Both the position numbers and the translations under genes were made by a program. The notes beneath the pieces are model-generated. The model had not been told where the DNA came from. It searched no databases and saw only the letters and a list, made by a program, of their open reading frames with translations. Below, in pieces: positions 1-15,000 of a DNA stretch of 64,000 nucleotides. Location of the stretch: NCBI GenBank assembly GCA_964035545.1, contig OZ037768.1, positions 558,001 to 622,000 on the forward strand. Reading direction: 5' to 3'. The number at the start of each line of letters is the position of its first letter. Within the stretch, counting starts at the first letter, position 1. The stretch is from Bugula neritina (taxonomy: Eukaryota > Animalia > Bryozoa).

Positions 1-625
1 ACTGTGCTACGGTGTGCTATAGTACTGTGCTACTGTGTGCTATAGTACTGTGCTACTGTGTACTATAGTACTGTGCTACGGTGTGCTATAGTACTGTGCT
101 ACTGTGTACTATAGTACTGTGCTACGGTGTACTATAGTACTGTGCTACTGTGTACTATAGTACTGTGCTACTGTGTACTATAGCTCACAGTAGTACAGTA
201 CTATAGTACACAGTAGTACTGTACTACTGTGTACTATAGTACTGTACTACTGTGAGCTATAGTACTGTACTACTGTGTACTATAGTACTGTACTACTGTG
301 AGCTATAGTACTGTACTACTGTGTACTATAGTACTGTACTACTGTGAGCTATAGTACTGTACTACTGTGTACTATAGTACTGTACTACTGTGAGCTATAG
401 TACTGTACTACTGTGTACTATAGTACTGTACTACTGTGAGCTATAGTACTGTACTACTGTGTACTATAGTACTTTGCTGGTACAGAGAGAGGAACATTTA
501 GTAGTGCTATATTACTGTGCTACAGTATTGCAATACGGTGTACTATAGTACTGTGCTACTGTGTACTATAGTACTGTGCTACTGTGTGCTATAGTACTGT
601 GCTACTGTGTGCTATAGTACTGTGC
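1..625. repeat. 23-bp minisatellite (ACTGTGCTACTGTGTACTATAGT) in FAM120 intron 3, with a short internal inversion
   Basis: Direct reading. The array is interrupted at about 475-540 and ends about 35 nt from the donor at 661. Confidence 0.92.
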
Positions 626-661
626 TGGTACAGATTGAGGATCATTTAGTAGTTATCTCAC

Positions 662-3354
662 CTCGACTGTGCGTTTCTCTTCTGTGTCTTGAGCAGTGAG
701 CCCCGAGTGGAAGTCGGCAAGGAGCTCCGGAGTTAGTATGTGATTCCCTGTCAACATTCACGAGTCAGAGAGAACCGAGAAAACAGAAGAGGAGACAACT
801 ACCATAGCTTAGTAATGAGAAGATAACTCTAACTATGTAGAGAACACATAGACTGGGTTCTTACCGAGTAAGGAGGCAAGTAGGGGCCAGTGTGCAGGCT
901 TGAGGTCTTTATCTGACAGCATCTTCTGTAGAAATAGCTCTTTGGTTTCTAGACTGCCCTTGTAGGTGAGTTTGAGAGAGCGGGCAGAGAAAATTCTACA
1001 CGACTTGAGCAGAGCGAAGCCAGAATCGTCAGTGAGTATTCCGTCAAAGTCGTTGGCCGTCATGTAGGTGGAGACTTCGTTGTAGTAGTCACCGAGAGTA
1101 GAGAACACCGGGATACCTACAGTTAGAGGGTGGTTAGTAGTAGTAGTAGTTACTAGTATGTACTAGTTAGTAGTATGTAGTAGTTAGTAGTATGTACTAG
1201 TTACTAGTATGTACTAGTTAGTAGTATGTAGTAGTATGTAGTAGTTAGTAGTATGTAGTAGTTAGTAGTATGTACTAGTTAGTAGTATGTACTAGTTAGT
1301 AGTATGTAGTAGTTAGTAGTATGTAGTAGTTAGTAGTATGTAGTAGTACTGAGTATGTAGTAGTTAGTAGTATGTAGTAGTTAGTAGTTAGTAGTATGTA
1401 GTAGTACTGAGTATGTAGTAGTTAGTAGTATGTAGTAGTTAGTATGTAGTAGTTAGTAGTATGTAGTAGTTAGTGTGTAGTAGTTAGTATGTAGTAGTTA
1501 GTAGTACTGAGTATGTACTAGTTAGCACTAAAAACAATATTAGTCTGAATAGTTATTGATTCACAACCGGAGTCTTAAAGAATAGAAATTAGACTATATT
1601 TTTACTAGTTTAAAGACCTCTATTGAATTTATAGTAAAGTCTGGAATAGAGAAGGCACTCTGTGCAGTCAAGGGGGCATTACTACCAACTGAATGACTTG
1701 CTAGAGATACTGCTAACAAATTTAATACGCCACGTAGTATGGCTATTGTAAACAGAGGCCCAATTTGACTGACTTATGAGTATGAGTAACCAGTATTTCT
1801 AGACTAGACAATGCATAGCCTATTCGGTCTCACAATAAAATCTAATTAGCAAGTTCGTTGAGGAATGCACATCTATTGGCTGTCTGCTCTCACATAGACA
1901 CATACCTTCTAGAGGTGAGATTGTTCAACACACTACAACCTGCTCCCACCTGACTGCACTATATTCCACAGCTGTGTGTAGTATAGTTCTAGTTTACTAA
2001 CTCATAGAAAATAGAGAGATGACAAATGTCTATTAGTTTCTAGTAATGAGGTTTAACAACAAAGCAACAAAAACCAAACTTGAGACCTGTTTAGCACCAA
2101 ACAAGGTCAAGCAAATTGAATTCTATGAGATATTATGTCTGAAGGCAAACTCAACATTCTGGAGAGTGAAATGTCAATTGACATTAAAACAAAACAAAAC
2201 AGGTCACCAGACTGGGTAACACTCGAACCTGAAGCTTTGATTGCAGAAGGTTTTCAGTATCTGGTTAGACCTAGCACATCCCATAGCTCTACGGTTTGTC
2301 AGGTTTTAGTAGCCACCAAAACACACAGAATTGATCAGCAACCAACAGTCACTACGCAGTGTTTGTAAGCCTTGGTTAGAGTGATTTAATACAATTAATA
2401 ACTCTTGAGTAATGGTTACAGCAGTTGTTAACTTACAAGATGTGTAGTTTAAAATAAATTATTTGTCTCTAGCTGAGACCAACCACTAATAGCTTAATGA
2501 GAGCAGCTATTCTACTTTTACCAGTTTTAAAAAGTAAGTTGTAAATTGATATTTGCACATTATATATATTTCATTTAGTTAGTTGACCAATAATTTGGAT
2601 GTGCTTCATTATATTCATAGAGTAGCATCCAGCTACTGGAGCTAAGCAACTACACCAATAAATCGTGCAACGTTGAGCTATAATTTATAATGAGGTGAAA
2701 GTAGAGTGAAAAAACTACCCTGCTATTCTAAGTTGCTGCCAGTCTTCCAGTAAACAGTAGAGAGAATCTTGAGGAACTGCCATGAAACAGGATATAGCAG
2801 TATTGATCAATGTGAATATACATTGAGACAGCATGAGAGTAGAAAAGAATAGTTGACTTACCGTAGAATACCATTGCCAAATTCAGAACTTCTCGCAGAC
2901 AAGTTGGCGGTAACCACCAGACTTTCGGAGGAGGGGTTCCCCGGTTTTGAATATGAACCATCATACGCGTGAGCCGTTCCCGAAAGTCTCGATTCAATTT
3001 AAATAAAGTGTCTGCATGTTCTTTTTCAACACCTCCTCTTACTGCAACAACCAGCTCTAGATTATGAGCTTTACAAGCTTTCGCCAAGTTTCCAATGTAA
3101 TTGAACATTCGATTCCATTGACCACCACTAGCCCAATCCGAATAGAAACCTCCATAGAGTCGATCAAGGCAAGATTCACTATCTACCAGTAAACGAAGGC
3201 AATTTTTCGCTTTAGACGCTGGTGCTTGAGTCTGTGTCTGTTGTTGGGAAATGGGGTGTTGTGGGTGTGAGACGGACGTATTGATGTCGAATAAATTGAC
3301 CGGAGTGCTATACTTCAGGAATTCAAGATAGCTCAAAAATGATAATGGTGCCAT
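662..3354 (-). CDS. FAM120A: FAM120A-like / constitutive coactivator of PPAR-gamma-like protein (PIN-like N-terminus); first 3 coding exons, gene continues off the left edge
   Basis: Exons 3354-2862, 1116-865, 747-662, with GT-AG boundaries and matching phases (1, 1, 0). Translation contains FAM120 motifs RLLVDSESCLDRLYGGFYSDWASGGQWNRM, HIQNRGTPPPKVWWLPP and LASLLGNHIL. A/B/C paralog not resolvable. Confidence 0.88.
1131..1526. repeat. About 17-bp minisatellite (AGTTAGTAGTATGTAGT) abutting the FAM120 exon 2 acceptor
   Basis: Direct reading. Confidence 0.92.
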
Positions 3355-4117
3355 TGTGTAAAAAAGTCTTACAAAAATAGTAAAAATATATATATTACAT
3401 TTGCGACGTTAAATTTATCATGGTAATTATTTAAAATGTATTCATTTCGGAAGAAATAAAAAGGAGTGATCAAATTGAAATAATCAATTCAATGAAATCC
3501 AGATGATAGGAAACAGTTATAGAATTAGAATTGAGCTTGCGCATTGACATCTTTCAGATTAGGTTTTTTAAAGTTATAGCTGGAACACATAATGTGAGGC
3601 ACGCACTATTAGAAAAATGCTACAGGATTTTTGCTAATAAATTTAGCGGGTCCAGTGTATTAAAAAGTACTCCTTGTCAACTTCGGGAGGACAACTTCTA
3701 CGTTATTAGCTCGTAGCATATTATGTGCAACCTTATTATGTATTATTATATTATGTAACGTAGCATATTGTGTGCAGAGCAAAAGGTGCAAAGTACCATT
3801 AATAGTCATTACCTAGGCAACCAACAGGATGGTAGTTGCGACAGCTATTGAACATTTAATTGCCCATTTTTTATTTAAATTATACATTTGTCTAAAGCTG
3901 ACAATTTCTTTCAACTGAAAACCTGTCTTTTGTTTAATATATCATGGGGCAGTTGAATTATTATAATTATTGTAGTGAAAAAATACATAACGGAATATTA
4001 CATTACTTAATAGTAATCTATTTTAATGATTCAACAGCTACAAAATCTTATTTTTTCATACAAGAATAAATATATTATAGAAAATTGATGAGTTTTCAAG
4101 GAGCAAAAACATTGAAG

Positions 4118-4620
4118 TTAATATATTCAGCAATATTCTTGGTGTAAGCTGGTAAACACAAAGCTAATACATTCAGCAATATTCTTGGTGTAAGCTGGTA
4201 AACACAAAGCTAATACATTCAGCATATTCTTGGTGTAAGCTGGTAAACACAAAGCTAATACATTCAGCAATATTCTTGGTGTAAGCTGGTAAACACAAAG
4301 TTAATACATTCAGCAATATTCTTGGTGTAAGCTGGTAAACACAAAGCTAATATATTCAGCAATATTCTTGGTGTAAGCTGGTAAACACAAAGCTAATACA
4401 TTCAGCAATATTCTTGGTGTAAGCTGGTAAACACAAAGCTAATATATTCAGCAATATTCTTGGTGTAAGCTGGTAAACACAAAGCTAATACATTCAGCAA
4501 TATTCTTGGTGTAAGCTGGTAAACACAAAGCTAATACATTCAGCAATATTCTTGGTGTAAGCTGGTAAACACAAAGCTAATACATTCAGCAATATTCTTG
4601 GTGTAAGCTGGTAAACACAA
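4118..4620. repeat. 46-bp minisatellite, about 11 copies, just downstream of the ARV1 stop
   Basis: Unit GCTAATACATTCAGCAATATTCTTGGTGTAAGCTGGTAAACACAAA. Confidence 0.95.
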
Positions 4621-4703
4621 ACAAACAGAAACACAGTTAATGTTGAGAGAAGGATGAGTCAGCTAAAGGAAAGAGAGATGTTATGCAGGAAATCAGGAGC
4701 TGT

Positions 4704-8342
<3,639 letters not shown>

Positions 8343-9044
8343 TACTGCTACATGATTGTGGCAGTATTATTAGTATTACACAAATATTTTAGTTTTAAAT
8401 GAATTTTTGCTCAGCAGGAGCTGGAAATAAAAACTTATACCGGATGTTGTGTGAGTTAAAAATTTATTGGTGCAGTGGAAATTAGATTGAAGTTTAGGCA
8501 ATTGCTAGCAAAGGAGGGGGATATTTATATATATAAAAATACCTGGGTGATGAAATCGCCAATGAAAATATTTATTCAATGATCGCCAAATACACGCTCT
8601 TGCCCCATTGAAATATTGCGTATTTAAGATACAGCAGGTAAAGTCTCATAGTATCTCGCATAATAAATTTTATCATGTTAGAAAAAATTATCTTAGCACC
8701 TTGCGTATTGCATTTAATTTAGGTTTTTCCCACAATTTTTACAAAGCTAGGGCCATCAGAATTATTTGTTACCACAACTTAAACAACATAAATGTGACCA
8801 GATTTCGCCTTTGTGCCCCAGCTGAAATTGCCCTTATCATTTATCGGAGAATAACTAACGTTCTCGTATAATTAACTAATTTAAGTTTAACTAATAATTA
8901 TAAGTTATAACTCTCAAATTAACTATTAAAGTATTATTCAATTTCATATTTTTCTAATCATTTAAATTTTAATTTGAATTATAAAACTGAATTAAAAGCT
9001 ATAGTGATACTGATAGCCTATTCCCTTATATAGCTACAACAAAA
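8343..9044. promoter_or_regulatory. Probable bidirectional promoter region shared by ARV1 and TRMT6
   Basis: Divergent start codons only 702 bp apart. No TSS can be located from sequence. Confidence 0.55.
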
Positions 9045-12000
9045 ATGTTAATAGAGGATGGCGACTTTATCGTCTTAATGAGAGAAACTTTTATGCGGGT
9101 TGTTCAAGCTAAGAAAAATGGGTAAGTGTCAGATTGAAATTAAAAAAATTTTTTGTAAAATGATCATGGTTGTTTCGGTTACATAGGTGCGACTAAGACT
9201 ATGAGTATAAATATGATTCATTGATAATGATTGTGTGTTAAGCTCGGAGTAAGCTTGGGTTGAGATTAAAGGCTAACCTTTGCAAAAACTAAAAAGGCTA
9301 CCATAAACAATAGATTTGGGTTATTTGTGGTTAAATATTGGTGTATTTGTCATATCTGCGTATCAACAAAACACCATGGATTATAGGATGAAAAAGTATT
9401 GGGGTCCTATACTAGTGTGGGTGGGTGTAAAATACTTTTATGTTTTATGTAAAGTTTCAAGTGAATGAGCTAAGAAAAATCAAACAGTTTTATGTGGACT
9501 GAAGTTTTAGTATTATATAGTTGGGGTGATTAGTTATGCTTTGCTCCAAGTAAGTGTTACACTTGTCAACTTTGTAAGGCTTCGCAACTCTTGAAACAAA
9601 TTTTGAAACCCAAAATGATTATTTCCTCTTTTTATTCAAACAGTCAAGAAAACTCTGTCCGGTCTAAGCTTTTATGAATAATTAACTGAACTATGTGATT
9701 AATGAACAGGCATTGACATCAACTGTAACAAATGACTAATTGCAACACAGACTAATATTAGAGATTACAATGAACTCAGTCATGACCTTAGCAGTTAAAT
9801 ATCCCACATACATTTACACTGCATTTATAGTTTTGTACATTGCATAATAATTTAATTTCTGCTGGTGGTTTAATCATCACACTAGGCTTGAGATTCATCA
9901 CATCTTTCAAGTGATGCAACTCAGCCATTGTTGGGTTGTTAGAGACATTGCTCTAACTATTAAGCCACACAGTTGTTATAAAATATTTTGTTAAAAATTC
10001 ATGAAGTATGATTTTTTATCTTATTTAAAAATAATTTCAACAAATATTTTTTTAATTGAAGAAATTTTATTTTTAATAAACCTAAAATATATTGCTCTTA
10101 TTATTATTCTCTATGCAAACTATTTTTATCTCAACGATATAAACTGATTGCAATTTACACAGTCACTGGTATAATCTTGTATAGCAACATCTTTCAATTT
10201 GAATGTGTAATGCTACACGTTGTTGTTTATGAATATTTAAAGCTGCAATATTTTGAAAATTTTATCAAAAATGATCTGCAAAATCTGTTTATTTAAATTT
10301 ATTTAATCTGCTTTTACTAGAATATTTTGTTCTATGTTAATTTCTACATTTTCTTCAATTGCAATGCATCTATAATGTTGATTGTAAAGTTTTGTCTGCT
10401 GTAAATAAAATGTAACTAAAGCACTTTTGGTACAAATGCAGTGATGTAAAAACTTTTTAGATAATAATCCAAAAAATTTCATTTGAATTCAATTGTTGAA
10501 AGTTCACTATTTTAACCCAACTTTATTTATATGAAAAGATCAGTGAAATGTTTCTTGCCATTTTAGCCCAGAAAGCAAATTATAATTTTCCTATTTTACT
10601 TTCTGTTGACGTCTGATTAGTAAAACATTTCACTAAGATGTTGAGTACTGCTCACTTCCTGTTTGAGTCAAGGACGTGACCCACCAAGGACGCATAATAC
10701 GTCACATCACTTCGTGTGTGGTCGTAATTTAACTTTAATTGTTTTCACAAACTATTCAAAATAAAGATCATCTAACACATAAATCTCAAGGTTGTTGAAT
10801 GTTCTATCAATCATCGAACTGAAATGCCTCTGCCTTTACCACCTACAGTCCTCCGCTAAACTTGCCAAAAGTTACTGGATAATAGTCGTAATTTTCACAT
10901 CCTAAATATAGCTTTGCATAAATCTGACACCAAATGTAAATGATAATTACTTTGGCCAGCGAAAGAAGTTTCTAGAACTTGCACAACTTTCTACCAGGAA
11001 ATGCTTGTGCTGCCTTTTTTTAAATGATCCAAAAATTCAAATTAGTTGTTTTGCAAATTCACACCAAAAATTAAAATTAGTTTAAAATATATAGCGTTCT
11101 TGGTATTGTATGCTCATTTCAAATATATATGTGTCAGGAAGTTTGCCAGGGAGTCCAGCAATAATAAATTTCAATGTCATTGTCAATTCAAAATGTAGTT
11201 TCGGACAGTGACCAACTGTTCCTGAAAGATACTTGGCTTATGTTATGGCTACTAGATAAAAACATTTGCATAATTGTATCTTATTTGAAAGATTAAAAGC
11301 TGTACTATTTTGAGATTGTAAAAAAGTTACAACATTGTAAGACTGGAATTTTTGATTAATAAATTAATACTGTTCAATAGCAGTGATAAAAGCTCACCAC
11401 GAAAGCTCGTTATAAACCTTAATGCAAGGCAATTAGCGCAGTTATGGGGTGACTTGTAAACGTCTGCTTTCGTAGTCTGCTGATTCTGTGTTTGTTTTGT
11501 AGACGGCCAATAATCCTAGATCGAACCAAATTTTATTTAGACAATATTTTTGGCAAGCCCTATGGATCTCACTTTGAAGTTGATAAAAAGACTTCACAAC
11601 TTGTTCATAGAGATGAGGATTTCTCAGTTCAAGGTTAGTTACTTTGTGTGTTAGTAATGACTGGGTATTGATATATTTATTGGTTACTTCGTATGTTAGT
11701 ATTGATTGTATATTGATGTATTTATTAGTTACTTTGTGTTAGTATTGATTGTATATTAATATATTTATTAATTGATACAAAATCATTAGTTTTACAACTC
11801 AATTAGTAGTTATCTTCTCATAAAATTATATTGAGTAACACTGCTTTACTAGCCAGTCCAGTGTACAGTAAGTAAAGTGTCACAATTTCTTCAAGATAAG
11901 TATTTGCCTCCCTGCAGAGATGGAAGTCTCTCTGTTCTGAATATTGTGGCCAACAGGAAATTCTAATGAATTATTTGTATTGATATAATATTGATCTATT

Positions 12001-15000
12001 GATATAATATTGATCTATTGATATAATATTGATCTATTGATATAATATTGATTTATTGATATAATATTGATCTATTGACGTTTAGAACTCCTTCCGGAAG
12101 GTTCCGGTGGTCTGGACAACCGGAATCTGGTCAGTGCCAATGAAGACAACCAGAACCTCGGTAAAGAGGAAATCCACGCTCTCCGTAAGGATGGCCTTAC
12201 TGGTGATGTAAGCCTATTTCCTGTTGACCTGCTTCTTTAGGCCGGTAGATTGAGTTCTGTGTGAAGACTTTCCATTCCATTCAGAATATCTAATTGTTCC
12301 ATTGTGCTTCTATTAGAAATATTTATACCTTGTTTTATGGGCAGACAACTTCTTTTCTTGTTTAAACATTTGCTTAACAATCAAATACCGACATCAGTGA
12401 GATTATACTCTCAACTAGAATGTTGTTATTTCTCTGCACAGCTTCCACTACCAGTTCCTAGTGTTATACTCTCTGTAGTGTTCTATATTCTCTGTCACAG
12501 CTGCATTCCTACCAATGAGACAGGGAACAGCCCTAGTGACCCTCTCTCTGTTGTAGGAGGTAATGAGTGACTCTCTCTCTCTGTTGTAGGAGGTAATGAG
12601 TGACTCTCTCTCTCTGTTGTAGGAGGTAATGAGTGAACTCATCAAGAACAGCTCCACCTTCAACCAGAAGACTAAATTCTCACAGGAGAAGTGGATAAAA
12701 AAGAAGAAAAAGAGGTAAATGAATACTGTGTCAAGGTCGTTGATCACTGACCAGGTCAACACTATGAGATGTGCGAGTGTTTGCCAGCTGTCAATGCTCT
12801 ACCCACATGCAGTTGTTTACTATTCTGCCCTGCCCTGGCTGTGAGTAAGAACTCACCAGTCAAGGTGAACTTGAGGTCAGCTAGTTGTCCTGGTGGCCAT
12901 TTTTATCCTAAGGAACTCCCTCTTGGCACTCGCTGCGTATTGAACTCTCTCGCTGCCGTGGAGTGGAGTGGTCAACATTTGGCTGCTGAATCGGTCATTT
13001 GTAACTCACAAGACAGCTGATTGGCTGCTGGACACTGTGGAGGTGATACTGTATTACTCGACTACACCAACACTTACTCAATAAATTATGCAGGCTTTTG
13101 GCACCAGCTGCGATCCTTGAGAGAGAATCCTTCCTCCAGCGCACAAGGTCACGGCTCAAGGCCGCAGCAACTCAGCCTGTCCTTCACTCTGCAACTCTTC
13201 ACCAGTTTTTACTTGCTCTTTCTAACACACAGCAGAAAGTTGATCTCATTCTGGTTTACCTCTACATCTAGATATCTTCTAGTTTATATTCTATTAGTTG
13301 AATTATACTACCTGGCATTAAGTTTCTGCAAGCAGTGTACTTGTATTTATTCGTATTTATCAACACGTGTGGCACGCAGAACGTAGCTGTACATACGTGC
13401 TGATTATGCACATCTCTACATGGTTGTTACGCTCTGCAATCACAGGTGTTGATGTACTAATTACTAGTACTATACCTGCTACTTACCAACACTGCATGTG
13501 CAGCTTCTACTTTCTAGTATATTCTACAAAATAAGGGTCACGTGAAGCGGAATAAGGGATGGCAAATTGCCAAATGGTAAAGAGTTGACCACCCCTTACT
13601 ATTCTATGGTGACCCACCCCCGCTTGGCCAACTCCCGCTTGGCCAACTCCCGCCTGGTCAACTCCCGCTTGGTCAACTCCCGCCTGACAATTCGCATTGA
13701 TTAGAACTCTATTGTAAATTAGTGTTACAATATATTGTTTACATTACTTTATTGCATTTTATTGAGTATATTGTGTTGCAGTGATTATATTATACTGATT
13801 ATATTGCAATGAAGTAATTTTTACATATTGGTTATATTTTCTCTCATCCAGGCACCTGAATATCTACAAGATAGTGAAGCCAACAACCCGACTCATTGCT
13901 GACATGTATTATAGGAGAGATCCCTCTAAAATATGGTTTGTTTCAATATATGACCTTCACCTTTATTCCCCTCTCTCTCATTCTATTCTCTATAGTACTA
14001 TTCTTTACGTATTATAGTAGGGTAGTATTGTCGTATGAGTAATATAGTAGGATATTATTACAGAGTGCGTAGTACTATATTGATTGAAGTTAATGAGTCT
14101 TGACCTTTCTAAGGACACAACATGTGCTGAGTGGTAGGACACCTTTAAGTACTCCCGTACCAAAGAGTTCAAAAAGTAATTTCTTTCTAGTTTTCTTAGA
14201 GGTGACTCTTTAGCCCAGATTCTAACGATGAGTAACATCCAGGCCAGCTCCAAGGTTCTGCTGGTGGAATCGTGTCAAGGTCTCTTAGCTGGAGCTCTAC
14301 TCTCCCGTCTTGATAGTAAGTGCTCTAAGTCTTTATTCTGCTCCTGTTTTGACCAATCAGAGTTCTCTATCACATAGAACCGTGATATTGTTTCCTTATT
14401 GCTGAATATTATGTTGTCATTAACAACTAATGCAAGATAATGGCAATATAATATTAAACTGTCGGTCACAAGGAAATGCACACAGACCTCTTTGGTCAGA
14501 GGTTTTATGCTAAGAACTTTCAACACCTCAGACTGAGCACTTCAAAAGCATTACTTCAATTATACTCGTCTTTTCAAATCAATTATTTTTAGATATTGTG
14601 TTTTCCTTGTCTTTGTTATTATCCTATATAATATGACTACTAAGCCTATGGCCATCTCCTTCAACATGATTGGCTGATCTGAAACAGGATGTAGGATGTG
14701 TTGTATGGGATACCCTATTCAATAAATATTTATTCCTCATTGCAGCTTATACGTTGGGAGAGTAAATGTTATACTATTTTTATTTTCATAGGAACTTTTA
14801 GATTCTAATCTCTATCTGAAATCACAAAGTATGATATGCTGTAGCTTTTATTCACATGTGAAATTAAACTTTGAGTTTGTAAAATTGAAAAATTATAGCA
14901 AGGCGGATGTTAATGCTAAGTTGCCTCTTTTGTGCCTGTTTTTACAACTGCACGATGATCAACTCAGAATGTTGATGCGCTAAACTCTGTAGTCTGTCCT

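Noticed and set aside
4118-4620. CRISPR-like regular repeats (also 21378-21793 and 47204-47533)
   Set aside because: Head-to-tail units with no unique spacers, no cas genes and a eukaryotic context.
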